A stretch of DNA of 64,000 nucleotides from Bdellovibrionales bacterium (GCA_965197425.1 CBDANC010000012.1:96001-160000); one strand, 5' to 3'; positions 19,021 through 29,529 are shown, counted from the first letter of the stretch. Numbers and translations: made by a program. The notes: generated by a model from the letters alone, not told the origin.

Positions 19021-19672
19021 AGTATCTGCTAGTGTATTGGCATTTGATCTTGCAAATATAGATTCTGAGATAAAGAAGCTAGAGGATACTGGTGTTGATT
19101 ACATTCATGTAGATGTCATGGATGGTAAATTTGTCCCAAATACCACTGATATGGATCCCGATTTTGTCTCGTCTATTAAGTCTATTACTAGTTTACCTTT
19201 AGATGTGCATTTGATGGTAGAAGATCCACAAAGTGTTATCCGCAAGTTTGTGAATGCTGGTGCGGACATGATAACTTTTCATGTTGAAGCGGTTAAGGAT
19301 GTAAAGAAAGTTATAGAGAATATTAAGTCATTTGATGTTTTAGCTGGCTTAGCTTTTAAACCCGGTATTGATTTAGAAGTTATTTATCCTTTTCTACCTG
19401 CTCTTGATCTTGTGTTAGTTATGACAGTAATGCCTGGTTTTGCTGGTCAGGATTTTATGTGGGATGAGGCTTATAATATTTCTAAGCTCAAAAATTTTGT
19501 AAAAAATAAAGATCTAGATACCATAATAAGTGTGGATGGTGGAATAAATGATAGAACAAAAGATATATGCATTAAAAATGGGGCTGATATTTTGGTATCT
19601 GGAAGTTTTATTGCACAAAATTGTTCCTCCGATGCAATTGCCACTTTAAAAGAGATACCCAATGGACCTTGA
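19013..19672 (+). CDS. rpe: Ribulose-phosphate 3-epimerase
   Basis: HVDVMDG, DVHLMV, MTVMPGFAGQ, VDGG. Confidence 0.96.
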   Translation: MIKVSASVLAFDLANIDSEIKKLEDTGVDYIHVDVMDGKFVPNTTDMDPDFVSSIKSITSLPLDVHLMVEDPQSVIRKFVNAGADMITFHVEAVKDVKKVIENIKSFDVLAGLAFKPGIDLEVIYPFLPALDLVLVMTVMPGFAGQDFMWDEAYNISKLKNFVKNKDLDTIISVDGGINDRTKDICIKNGADILVSGSFIAQNCSSDAIATLKEIPNGP

Positions 19673-19917
19673 AGCAACTTTTATCGTATTATACCTACAA
19701 AGCTGGGCAACTCTGATTTCGCCTAGGCAACTTTCAGTTCTTGCTGAGACCTTGTGTGGAAGGATCAGCATCTTGTTCTAGTGTTGGGCAACCACTCAGT
19801 CAAAAAACCGACCGCAGGGAGGTTATTTCAATTGGATAATATAAAGATTTATCCCATGAGCCAATTGAACCAAAGTGAACAAGTCCACTTGTTTTTGACT
19901 TCGTTCGGAAGACCTTG
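19660..19917 (+). repeat. Family A cluster with 64-bp module (19808-19871)
   Basis: Near-identical to 2458-2588. Confidence 0.92.
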
Positions 19918-19940
19918 AGCTTGACAAGGTAATTTTATGT

Positions 19941-21950
19941 GTGAGAGTTTTATTGTGTGAATCTTTTTTTAAGAGCTTATTTAGCAAAATCTTGATGCTG
20001 GGTACCCGTAGCATAAAAGTAAATTTACCTAAAGGTTGTAAGGTTTTTGACTCTGATGGTGTGTCAGGCCCTAGTGTATTGGATGTAGCTTGTTCTATTA
20101 GTCCTAACTTAGCTTCCAATGCTCTTGGTGGTTTGGTGAATGGTAAGTTAGAGGATGTTAGGTATAATTTATCTGATGGGGATCACCTTGAGATTATTAC
20201 ATCTAAACATCCTAGGTCTCTTGAGGTGGTTAGGCACTCTGCTGCGCATGTATTAGCTCAGGCTGTTCAGAGTTTATTTGATGTGCAGGTTACAATAGGT
20301 CCTATTATTGAGGACGGTTTTTATTATGATTTTTATTGTAAGGGTTTTTCTTTTTCAAAAGATGATTTTCCTAAGATAGAGAAAAAAATGAGAGAGATTA
20401 TAAAGTCTGATTTTGTGATTGAGCGTTCTGTTTTATCTAAGGCTTTGGCTTCGGAGAAGTTTGAAAATCTTGGTGAGAGTTTTAAGGTTGAGCTTATTAA
20501 TGACTTAGATTTGGATGAGGTAAGTATTTACACTCAGGGTGACTGGTTAGATTTGTGCAAAGGACCTCATGTTCAAAGGACTGGTCAGATTAAGGAATTT
20601 GCTCTTTTATCTAATGCTGGTTCTTATTGGCGTGGTGATGAAACTCGTCAGTCTTTACAGCGGATCTATGGCACTGCTTGGAATACTAAAAAAGAGCTTG
20701 GTGATTATTTAGAAAAGTTGGAAGAAGCCAAAAAAAGAGATCATCGTGTGCTAGGCAAGCAGATGAAGCTTTTTTATTTTAGTCATCATTCTCCTGGGAG
20801 CCCTTTTTTTACTCCGAATGGTACAATAATTTATAATGAACTTACATCTTTCATAAAGGAACTTTATATAAAGAGGGGTTATCATGAGGTTATAACTCCA
20901 CAAATTTATGATTGTGAAATGTATAAAACTTCTGGTCATTATGATAATTTTTCCAAGGACATGTTTTTTATAAATCAGGATAAGGAATATGCTTTAAAAC
21001 CTATGAATTGTCCTGGACATTGTTTGTTGTACAAGATGGGTCAATATTCTTATAGAGACTTGCCTTTAAGGATTGCTGATTTTGGTAGGCTTCATCGTTT
21101 TGAGCGAAGTGGTGTGTTACATGGTATGACTAGGGTAAGAACAATGTGTCAAGACGATGCTCATATATTTTGTACTGAGGATCAGTTGGATTTCGAAATT
21201 AAGTCTTTTATAGAGTTTTTAAAAGAGGTTTATGAAAAGCTGGGTCTTGAGGATATTGTGGTAAAAGTTGCAACTAGGCCTGATAAGAGAGTTGGTTCTG
21301 ACAAGTTGTGGGATGTTAGTGAAAAAATTTTGATGGATTCTTTGAGTGCCATGGGTATAACTTTTTCTGTTGAAAGTGGTGAGGGTGCTTTTTATGGTCC
21401 TAAGATGGAGTTTCACATAACTGATGCTATTGGCAGATCTTGGCAGTTGGGAACTTTACAATTGGATTATTCTATGCCAAGTAGATTTGGTTTGGAGTAT
21501 ACAGATAGTTCTAATAAAAAGTGTACTCCTATAATGTTGCATAGAGCTATTTTAGGAACTTTGGAGCGTTTTATAGGTGTTTACATAGAACATTGTGCGG
21601 GTCATCTCCCTACTTGGCTTTCTCCTGTACAGGTTGTGATAATGAATGTTTCTGAAAGTCAGGCTTCATATTCCAAATCTCTGTTTGATAAACTTGTGGG
21701 GGAAGGTATTAGGGTTAAGTTGGATAGTAGAAACGAAACTCTGGGTTATAAGTTAAGAGATGCACAGGTGGCAAAGGTACCGTATTTTGCTATTGTTGGA
21801 AAAAAGGAAGTTTCGGATAACACAGTCTCTGTGCGATCCAGTTCTTCTAAAGAAAGCATTAGTATGGATGTTGGCAAATTTGTAAATAATTTGAAAAAAG
21901 AAATAATTAACAAGGATTATAGGAGGTTTTATCAGACTAAGAAGGAATAG
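19941..21950 (+). CDS. thrS: Threonine--tRNA ligase (start possibly ATG at 19995)
   Basis: RHSAAH, DLCKGPHV, KPMNCPGH, GAFYGPK, HRAILGTLERF. Confidence 0.98.
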   Translation: MRVLLCESFFKSLFSKILMLGTRSIKVNLPKGCKVFDSDGVSGPSVLDVACSISPNLASNALGGLVNGKLEDVRYNLSDGDHLEIITSKHPRSLEVVRHSAAHVLAQAVQSLFDVQVTIGPIIEDGFYYDFYCKGFSFSKDDFPKIEKKMREIIKSDFVIERSVLSKALASEKFENLGESFKVELINDLDLDEVSIYTQGDWLDLCKGPHVQRTGQIKEFALLSNAGSYWRGDETRQSLQRIYGTAWNTKKELGDYLEKLEEAKKRDHRVLGKQMKLFYFSHHSPGSPFFTPNGTIIYNELTSFIKELYIKRGYHEVITPQIYDCEMYKTSGHYDNFSKDMFFINQDKEYALKPMNCPGHCLLYKMGQYSYRDLPLRIADFGRLHRFERSGVLHGMTRVRTMCQDDAHIFCTEDQLDFEIKSFIEFLKEVYEKLGLEDIVVKVATRPDKRVGSDKLWDVSEKILMDSLSAMGITFSVESGEGAFYGPKMEFHITDAIGRSWQLGTLQLDYSMPSRFGLEYTDSSNKKCTPIMLHRAILGTLERFIGVYIEHCAGHLPTWLSPVQVVIMNVSESQASYSKSLFDKLVGEGIRVKLDSRNETLGYKLRDAQVAKVPYFAIVGKKEVSDNTVSVRSSSSKESISMDVGKFVNNLKKEIINKDYRRFYQTKKE

Positions 21951-22500
21951 AACAAATAAGGGCCTTGGGGTTAATAAGGAGATAACCTCTGAAGTTTTAA
22001 GGGTTATTGGTCCAGATGGAACGATGTTTGGAGTAATGAAAAAGCAAGATGCAATTAATCGTGCAGAAGATTTAGGTCTTGATTTGATAGAGGTTGCACC
22101 CAACAGTGATCCTCCCACTTGCAAGATAATGAATTATGGCAAGTATAAATATGAGCAAAAAAAGAAAAATCAGGAGGCAAAAAAAAGACAAACTATAATT
22201 ACTGTAAAGGAGATAAAGTTAAGGCCTAGAACAGATACTGGCGATTTGCAAACAAAGTTAAAACATACAAGAAAATTTTTAGAGCAAGGGAACAAAGCAA
22301 AAATTACTATTAGGTTTAGAGGCCGTGAGATGGCACATCAGGAAATTGGAAAAGACCAATTAGATAAAGTGATGAAAGCTTTAGAGGATATATCTGTTGT
22401 AGAGGTTGAGCCAAAAATGGAAGGAAGACAAATGTTTGCTATGCTTGCACCTAATCCTACTGTTTTAAAAGAGTTAGCCAAAAAGAAATCAAAAGCATAA
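21931..22500 (+). CDS. infC: Translation initiation factor IF-3, probable ATC start
   Basis: IF3 similarity (VNKEITSEVLRVIGPDG) extends upstream of ATG 22024; AGGAGG at 21921 precedes in-frame ATC at 21931. Confidence 0.93.
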   Translation: MRLRRNRTNKGLGVNKEITSEVLRVIGPDGTMFGVMKKQDAINRAEDLGLDLIEVAPNSDPPTCKIMNYGKYKYEQKKKNQEAKKRQTIITVKEIKLRPRTDTGDLQTKLKHTRKFLEQGNKAKITIRFRGREMAHQEIGKDQLDKVMKALEDISVVEVEPKMEGRQMFAMLAPNPTVLKELAKKKSKA

Positions 22501-22806
22501 AGGTCTTCCGAGTACATCTGCTTCTTCTATAGGGTTTTTGTGGTCTATGAGATCTAATATAGCTTGTGTTTCTCTTAGTGAACCTAAGCTTATTGCATAG
22601 AATCTTTTTCTATCTTTTGCTGTTGGCTTTGCACTTCCTTCTGCAATATTTAGTAGAATGCTCAAAGTAGCTCTTTGAAATTGATTTTTGAGCGGTTCTC
22701 TCAGATAAAGGTTTTTTGAGTTTTTATAAAACTCTTTAGCCAGTTGGTATGTTTTTAATTTTTTTGGAAAAATTAGGGATATGACAGATTTCTGTTGCCG
22801 GATCAC
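22489..22806 (-). CDS. Four-helix-bundle protein, copy 2, C-terminus replaced at a repeat end (possible pseudogene)
   Basis: LKNQFQRATLSILLNIAEGSAKPTAKDRKRFYAISLGSLRE; diverges from copy 1 after EEADVLG at GGAAGACCTT. Confidence 0.8.
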   Translation of the reverse strand: MIRQQKSVISLIFPKKLKTYQLAKEFYKNSKNLYLREPLKNQFQRATLSILLNIAEGSAKPTAKDRKRFYAISLGSLRETQAILDLIDHKNPIEEADVLGRPLCF

Positions 22807-22811
22807 AGATA

Positions 22812-22867
22812 CAGATCCCAGATCCCAGATCCCAGATCCCAGATCCCAGATCCCAGATCCCAGATCT
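22812..22867. repeat. Heptamer tandem repeat (CAGATCC)7 + CAGATCT
   Basis: Read directly from the sequence. Confidence 0.97.
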
Positions 22868-22904
22868 AATAATGAATCAAGCTAGGTTTATTGTCAGTGG
22901 CCTC

Positions 22905-25463
22905 TCAGTGTTGATTTAGGAAGTAGTGTAAGATTCCTTTATTTTTGTAGTATAGTAGTTCGTTGTTTGTATCAATTCTGCATTTTAATTTTATATTTCC
23001 AAGTTTACTAAATTGTGCTTCTATAGTTGCCCTTGTTGATAGTTTATCTAGTTTTATTGATATACTCTGGTTTGAGTTTTTTGCTAGTTCATCAAGGTCT
23101 ATGTCCTCTTGAAATTCTAGTGGTAATACTCCCACACCTATTAAATTGGATCTATGTATCCTTTCAAAGCTTTTTGCTATGACAGCTTTTACTCCTAATA
23201 GACTTGTGCCTTTTGCTGCCCAATCTCGTGATGATCCCATGCCATAGTCTTTTCCAGCTATTACTATTAGCGGAACATTGTTTTGTTGGTATTTTTGTGA
23301 AGCATCATAGATAAACGTTGGTTCTTTTTCATTTTCATAAAGTGTGAAGCCTCCCATTTTATCTACCATTTTATTTCTAAGTCTTATATTGCTGAAAGTA
23401 CCTCTCATCATAACTTCGTGGTTACCTCTTCTTGCCCCAAATGAGTTAAAGTCACGTACTTTTATATTTAAGCTTTTTAGATAATTTCCAGCAGCACTAT
23501 CAGGGGCGATAGAACCTGCAGGTGATATGTGATCTGTGGTGGTACTATCTCCTAGTATAGCTAGAATTTTTGCATCTTTAATATCACTAATTGTTGTAGG
23601 TTCTTTTATATTTTTGAAAAACGGAGGTTTTTTTATGTAGGTGCTATTATTGTTCCAACTATATTTACTCCCCCCTGTTGCTTTTATATCTTTCCATTGT
23701 TGTGTGCCGTCAAACACTGAGTTATATTTTTCAAATATTTTAGAAGTTAAAAATTTATCTTCATATCCTTTGATTTCATCATTAGTTGGCCAAAGATCTT
23801 TTAGAGATATTTTATTATCTCCAAAACTATCTATCGAAGCATTCATGCTTCCTGCAAATGCGTAGGCAACAACTAATGGCGGTGAAGCTAGATAGTTTAA
23901 GGTAGTGTGTGGTGAAACTCTTCCCTCAAAATTTCTATTTCCAGAAAGAACACTTGCTACTGACAGATCATGTTTTTTAATTGTGTTAGCTATATTTTCG
24001 TTTATCGGGCCTGAATTTCCGATACATGTGGTACAACCGTAGCCAACATTTTGAAATCCACACTTATCTAGCTCTGCTTGTAGTCCTGATTTTTCTAAAT
24101 ATTCTGAAACAATTTGAGAGCCTGGTGCTAAGGAAGTTTTAACCCATGGCTTTACTTTTAATCCAAGTTCATTGGCTTTTTTGGCCACAAGACCTGCTGC
24201 AATCATAACATGTGGGTTGGATGTGTTAGTGCAGCTAGTGATGGCAGCTATAACCACATCTGCATTTGCAAGATCAAAATTTTCCCCTTCTACTTTAAAA
24301 CGAGGCGTGGTTGTTTTATTTCCTAAATGGTTTTTAAGTTCATTTTTAGTATTTTTTAATGCAATTCTATCCTGTGGTCTTTTTGGTCCTGCTAATGACG
24401 GCTCTAGTTTGGATAAATTAATTTCAATGGAATTTTCAAAATTTGGCTCGACATCATCTAACCATAGACCTTGTGCTTTAGAGTACTGTTCCACTAATTT
24501 TATAAGTTTATCACTTCTATTTGTTAGTTTTAAATAAGATAGAGTTTCATTATCTACAGGAAAAAAACCGCAGGTAGCACCGTACTCAGGTGACATATTA
24601 GAGATTGTTGCTCTGTCAGCCAGACTAAGTGAACCAACATCTCCATAAAATTCAACAAACTTACCCACAACATTTAGTTTTCTTAAAGCTTCTGTTATGT
24701 GTAGTACTAAATCTGTGGCAGTAATACCCTCTGGCATTTCTCCTACAATTTTTACGCCAACAACTTTTGGTATAAGCATTGAGATTGGTTCACCTAACAT
24801 AGCTGATTCGGCTTCAATACCACCTACTCCCCAACCTAGTACACCAATCCCATTTACCATTGTTGTATGAGAGTCTGTGCCTACACAGGTATCTGGGTAT
24901 AAAAGGTTATTATCTTTCATAACCACTTTTGCCAGGTATTCTAAGTTTATTTGATGGCAAATACCGGTACCGGGTGGAACAATAGATAAGTTATTAAATG
25001 CAGATTTAGCCCATTTTAAAAATTCATATCTTTCAGAATTCCTTTCAAACTCCCTTTTTACGTTATATTCAAATGCCCCCTGTGAAGCATATTTATCAAC
25101 ACTAAGGGAATGATCAATTACTAAATCTACTGGAATAACAGGGTTGATTTTATTAGGGTCTTTGTTCAGTTCAGTTGATGCATCTCTCATGGCTGATAGA
25201 TCTACAATCGCTGGCACTCCCGTAAAATCCTGCATTAGAACTCTGCTGGGATAAAAGCCTATTTCATAATCTTTTTTGGTTAAATTAACCAAAGCTTCTA
25301 TGTCATCTTTTGTAACAACCTTTCCATCTTCATGTCTTAATAAATTTTCTAATAAAATTTTAAGGCTCTTTGGATGTTTTTTTACATCAAGTTTGGTTAA
25401 GTTATAAAAATCAAAGTCACCTTCTGATGTAGAGAGAGTAGTTTTTGTATTAAAGCTATCCAT
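22905..25463 (-). CDS. acnA: Aconitate hydratase A
   Basis: MQDFTGVP, GTDSHT, AAITSCTNTSNP, GCTTCIGNSG, GSSRDWAAKG. Confidence 0.98.
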   Translation of the reverse strand: MDSFNTKTTLSTSEGDFDFYNLTKLDVKKHPKSLKILLENLLRHEDGKVVTKDDIEALVNLTKKDYEIGFYPSRVLMQDFTGVPAIVDLSAMRDASTELNKDPNKINPVIPVDLVIDHSLSVDKYASQGAFEYNVKREFERNSERYEFLKWAKSAFNNLSIVPPGTGICHQINLEYLAKVVMKDNNLLYPDTCVGTDSHTTMVNGIGVLGWGVGGIEAESAMLGEPISMLIPKVVGVKIVGEMPEGITATDLVLHITEALRKLNVVGKFVEFYGDVGSLSLADRATISNMSPEYGATCGFFPVDNETLSYLKLTNRSDKLIKLVEQYSKAQGLWLDDVEPNFENSIEINLSKLEPSLAGPKRPQDRIALKNTKNELKNHLGNKTTTPRFKVEGENFDLANADVVIAAITSCTNTSNPHVMIAAGLVAKKANELGLKVKPWVKTSLAPGSQIVSEYLEKSGLQAELDKCGFQNVGYGCTTCIGNSGPINENIANTIKKHDLSVASVLSGNRNFEGRVSPHTTLNYLASPPLVVAYAFAGSMNASIDSFGDNKISLKDLWPTNDEIKGYEDKFLTSKIFEKYNSVFDGTQQWKDIKATGGSKYSWNNNSTYIKKPPFFKNIKEPTTISDIKDAKILAILGDSTTTDHISPAGSIAPDSAAGNYLKSLNIKVRDFNSFGARRGNHEVMMRGTFSNIRLRNKMVDKMGGFTLYENEKEPTFIYDASQKYQQNNVPLIVIAGKDYGMGSSRDWAAKGTSLLGVKAVIAKSFERIHRSNLIGVGVLPLEFQEDIDLDELAKNSNQSISIKLDKLSTRATIEAQFSKLGNIKLKCRIDTNNELLYYKNKGILHYFLNQH

Positions 25464-25465
25464 AC

Positions 25466-25933
25466 CAAGGTTTTCCTAACGAGACCAATAAGGCGAACTT
25501 CGTTTGCCTTTTTTCAATTGGTTCACGGGATAAATCTTTATATTATCCAATTGGATGAACCTCCTTTGCAGTCGGTTTTTTCAATAAAGGTGAGGTTAGC
25601 GAACAGCAAATAAATCTGGCTTTGCCAGTTTTTTGCTGTGAGTGCCTGTTTCACCGAGTGGTTGCCCAGCTCTACACATGTCATCAAACTCATCTCCACT
25701 GAGGGTATCGTAATATGATTTGCTTTAAAACTCAAGCACTGACCCCCACTTGCCAACAAAGTGAACTTGTTTGCTTGGTTCAATTGGCTCACGGGATAAA
25801 TCTTTATATTATCCAATTGAAATAACCTCCCTGCGGTCGGTTTTTGGCCGAGTGACTGTTTCCAGGTCTAACTAAGGCTAGGGAACTTTCATATTTCACC
25901 AATTCATCTTTTAGCTTGATTAGGAAGACCTTG
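25466..25933. mobile_element. Composite family A element bounded by 14-bp inverted ends, carrying two 64-bp modules
   Basis: CAAGGTTTTCCTAA...TTAGGAAGACCTTG (1 mismatch); modules at 25513-25575 and 25777-25840. Confidence 0.72.
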
Positions 25934-25958
25934 ACCCGTTGGGTTGTGACAAAGTATA

Positions 25959-27542
25959 TTGCCAAAAGTGTTTAAACCAGCATTTATTTTAATCACTTCT
26001 TTGGCACTATCTTCTAGTGTTTTAAATCCTGTTAAGCTCGATTCCCCACGAGACACAATGAAAACATTTATGGAAACCATGAATGAGTATAGAGATGGTG
26101 TGGAGAATAACGACCAGGAGAAACAAGACAGGATAAATGATGCAATAAAAACTTTAAATTTAAGTGATATTGCACCACTTCTAAAACAAAAAATAGGTAA
26201 AGAATCAGCTATCTTTCTAAAAGAAGTTATAGACAGAGTTATTTTAATTGATTTTTCAAAAGTACCTGACACAACGGATGGTAGTTTACACAGATGGAGA
26301 TTAAAAGATACAGATATAACAATTGTACAAATTGAAGAGAGAGAAGATAAAGGCAAATATTTATTTTCAAAAGATACAATACAAAATGCCAAAAGATATT
26401 ATCAAAAAGTAAAAGACTTGCCTTATTTAGAAAATTCAGGGCAAGGAGCTTTGTATAAAAAACCAATAAGTGAGCAAATAGTACCAGAATGGAGCAAGCA
26501 AAAACTAGGCCCACTGTTTCTGTGGCAGTGGTTAGGATTAGTAATTGCGTGCCTTGTTAGTATCTCCGTACATTATCTAACTAAACTAGTATTAGTAATA
26601 TTTTTAACTATTACTAAAAAAACGAAAAATATTTTAGATGATCTTATTATAAAAGGTGCAAAAAATTCTTTTTCAAAATCTGTTGCATTAGTATTTTTGC
26701 TAGTAAGTATACATATACTTCAAATTGAAGGGCTTACACTACAAATATTGACAGCTATTGTTCAAGTAGTCTTAAGCTTCTATTTAATAAAGCTATTTTA
26801 TAAGCTAACAGAAGTGCTATTAGATACCTATTTAGATAAACTTACAATTACTAGATTTGAATCTCAATTTATTCATTTGTTTAAGCGAGTTATAAAAATA
26901 TTGGTAATTGCATTAGGGACACTTGTAGCAGTTCAAAACTTAGGGATTAATGTTATGGGAGTGATGGCAGGGTTAGGATTAGGAGGCTTAGCATTTGCTT
27001 TGGCTGCAAAAGATACCTGTGCCAATTTGTTTGGCTCAATCACAATATTTTTAGATAAACCGTTTGAGGTAGGAGATTGGGTAATATCTCAGGATATAGA
27101 AGGAACAATAGAAAATATTGGGTTTCGATCTACAAAGGTTAGAACTTTCTATAACTCTCTAGTTTCAGTACCAAATGCTCTTCTAGCAACCTCCAACATT
27201 GATAATATGGGAAAAAGAAAGTCTAGAAGAATGAAACACTTCTATACAATAACCTACGATACTCCAGTGGATACTGTTAAGGACTTCGTGAAAGGTATAA
27301 AGCAAATTGTTGTAAACCATCCAAGAACTAATGATGAATTTCATGTAACGGTACATAGCATGAAAGATTCAGGGATAGATATTATGCTTTACTGCTTTTT
27401 AAAATCAAAAGACTGGGATGAAGAACTTACAGACAAGCAAGATATTCATCTAAAAATTGCTTCTCTTGCAAAAGAGAAAAATATCAAATTTTCTTTTGAT
27501 TACAATAATGATTTAACCAATCTATTTTCAAAGACAAACTAA
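25959..27542 (+). CDS. MscS-family mechanosensitive channel with periplasmic N-terminal domain
   Basis: AGLGLGGLAFALAAKDT, PFEVGDW, IGFRSTKVRT, VPN. Confidence 0.93.
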   Translation: MPKVFKPAFILITSLALSSSVLNPVKLDSPRDTMKTFMETMNEYRDGVENNDQEKQDRINDAIKTLNLSDIAPLLKQKIGKESAIFLKEVIDRVILIDFSKVPDTTDGSLHRWRLKDTDITIVQIEEREDKGKYLFSKDTIQNAKRYYQKVKDLPYLENSGQGALYKKPISEQIVPEWSKQKLGPLFLWQWLGLVIACLVSISVHYLTKLVLVIFLTITKKTKNILDDLIIKGAKNSFSKSVALVFLLVSIHILQIEGLTLQILTAIVQVVLSFYLIKLFYKLTEVLLDTYLDKLTITRFESQFIHLFKRVIKILVIALGTLVAVQNLGINVMGVMAGLGLGGLAFALAAKDTCANLFGSITIFLDKPFEVGDWVISQDIEGTIENIGFRSTKVRTFYNSLVSVPNALLATSNIDNMGKRKSRRMKHFYTITYDTPVDTVKDFVKGIKQIVVNHPRTNDEFHVTVHSMKDSGIDIMLYCFLKSKDWDEELTDKQDIHLKIASLAKEKNIKFSFDYNNDLTNLFSKTN

Positions 27543-27554
27543 AGTTTAATATCT

Positions 27555-28523
27555 TTATCTTCTAACTGTTCTTTTTATATTGTGACAAGCTGCTTTTTGT
27601 TTAAAGATTCTAAGCTGTGGCTCGGTTAACTTGCAAGTTTCAGTGACCAATGGACATCTAGGATGAAAACTACATCCACTTGGAGGATCAAAAACAGACG
27701 GTAGTTCTGTTTGAAACAAAACTCTCTTTTTTGTATTTTTATGTTTAATCTGAGGATTACTGGATAGCAAAAGTTGTGTGTAGGGATGAAGTGGGTTGGA
27801 AAAAATATCATCTGCTTTTCCATGTTCTACAACTTTTCCTAAGTACATAACTATAACCACATCAGCAATGTGCTTAACCACGGAGAGATCGTGGGATATA
27901 AATATGTAACTAAGCCCCATACTATCTTGCAAATCCATTAACAAATTTAACACCTGAGCTTGTATTGAGACATCAAGTGCACTAACAGGTTCATCACAAA
28001 TTAATATTTTAGGTTTTAGTATTAATGCTCTGGCAATACCAATTCGTTGTCTTTGGCCTCCACTTAGCATATGTGGATATCTGTTCCTATATTCTTCACC
28101 TAAACCCACCAATTCCATCGTTTCTATACTGCGATCCAGACAATCTTTGGTGGGCATATTAGTATTTAACAAGGGTTCACTTATTATCTGCCATACTTTT
28201 TTTCTTGGATTAATGGAGCTGTATGGATCTTGAAAGACAATCTGAATATGTTTACTAAGTTCTTTTTTAGTTAATGTTGAAATATCTATGGGTTTGTCTT
28301 GATATACCATGCATTTACCTTGAGTCATAGGTTCAATACCCATAATTATTCTGGCAAGAGTACTTTTACCACACCCACTTTCACCAACAATTGCAACTGT
28401 CTCACCTTTATTTAGATTGAAGGTTACACCATCCACAGCTTTCAGGCTTTTTTTAGATCTTAAAAAAAGCCTTGATAGTTTATAGTGTTTTTTTACATCA
28501 CTAACAGATAATAATTGCTTCAT
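27555..28523 (-). CDS. dppF: Dipeptide ABC transporter ATPase
   Basis: GESGCGKST, LSGGQRQRI, DEPVSALD, C-terminal FHPRC. Confidence 0.92.
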   Translation of the reverse strand: MKQLLSVSDVKKHYKLSRLFLRSKKSLKAVDGVTFNLNKGETVAIVGESGCGKSTLARIIMGIEPMTQGKCMVYQDKPIDISTLTKKELSKHIQIVFQDPYSSINPRKKVWQIISEPLLNTNMPTKDCLDRSIETMELVGLGEEYRNRYPHMLSGGQRQRIGIARALILKPKILICDEPVSALDVSIQAQVLNLLMDLQDSMGLSYIFISHDLSVVKHIADVVIVMYLGKVVEHGKADDIFSNPLHPYTQLLLSSNPQIKHKNTKKRVLFQTELPSVFDPPSGCSFHPRCPLVTETCKLTEPQLRIFKQKAACHNIKRTVRR

Positions 28524-28532
28524 ATAAAAACC

Positions 28533-29510
28533 TTATGAAATTGGAAAATAGCACTTAATCAGTCTACCATTTTCTATGGTGTCAGGTGGATTTTTTGATG
28601 CACAAATATCTTTTGCGTATTCACATCTAGGATGAAACTGACAACCGCTAGGTCTATCCACCAAATCAGGCACTGTTCCCTTTATACTATTTAATCTCTT
28701 ACTTGCTTCTAACTGAAAACCCGGCAAAGATTTTAACAAGCCAATTGTGTAAGGATGTCCTGGGTTAAACAATAATTGATGTCTTAAGCCAGACTCAACT
28801 ATATGACCTGCATACATAACCTGAATTCTATCAGCTACTTCAGATGCTAAGCTAATATCATGGGTAATAATAATAAGTCCCATTTTGTACTCTTTCTGAA
28901 TTTTTTTAAGCAAGGAAATTATTTGAGATTGTATTGTTACATCCAATGCAGTGGTAGGTTCATCGGCAATTAATAGCTCAGGGCCGGCTGCCATTGATAT
29001 AGCGATCATTATTCTCTGACTCATTCCACCAGACAACTGATGAGGAAAAGCTTTAAGCCTCATTGCTGGATCAGGAATTCCAACTAAGGTTAAAAGCTCC
29101 AAAATTTTTTCTCTTCTCTGCTTTTTATCTAAAACTCTTCCTTTTTTGTCTTTGATATTATGGGTTCTTAGTACTTCATCTATCTGAAATTCAACAGTGA
29201 AACTAGGATTTAAACTGGTCATGGGGTTTTGAAAAACCATAGACATTCTTTTGCCTCTTAATTGTCTAAACTCCTCACTACTAATGTCCAACAAATCTAT
29301 ACCATCAAATAATAGTTTATCTGCCTTTACCCTGGCATTTGAGGGTAATAGACCCATAATGGCAAGACTAGTAAGACTTTTACCGCAGCCACTTTCACCC
29401 AAAAAACCCAAAGTTTCAGATCTATCCAGCTTAAAACTAACACGATCAACAGGCCTGATACGACCTCTCAAAGTCTCAAACTCAATAATTAAATTTTCAA
29501 CCTCTAACAT
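28533..29510 (-). CDS. dppD: Dipeptide ABC transporter ATPase
   Basis: GESGCGKS, LSGGMSQR, DEPTTALD. Confidence 0.92.
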   Translation of the reverse strand: MLEVENLIIEFETLRGRIRPVDRVSFKLDRSETLGFLGESGCGKSLTSLAIMGLLPSNARVKADKLLFDGIDLLDISSEEFRQLRGKRMSMVFQNPMTSLNPSFTVEFQIDEVLRTHNIKDKKGRVLDKKQRREKILELLTLVGIPDPAMRLKAFPHQLSGGMSQRIMIAISMAAGPELLIADEPTTALDVTIQSQIISLLKKIQKEYKMGLIIITHDISLASEVADRIQVMYAGHIVESGLRHQLLFNPGHPYTIGLLKSLPGFQLEASKRLNSIKGTVPDLVDRPSGCQFHPRCEYAKDICASKNPPDTIENGRLIKCYFPIS

Positions 29511-29529
29511 TTTTTTATAGCCCCTCTGT

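Noticed and set aside
7352..22806. Diversity-generating retroelement (Avd-like gene plus GNA hairpins)
   Set aside because: No reverse transcriptase and no TR/VR pair with adenine-specific mismatches seen; paralog differences are largely synonymous.
25538..25816. Small ORFs within repeat clusters (also 6975-7367, 7162-7428, 53821-54079, 60939-61136)
   Set aside because: They are translations of non-coding repeat modules with no recognisable protein features.
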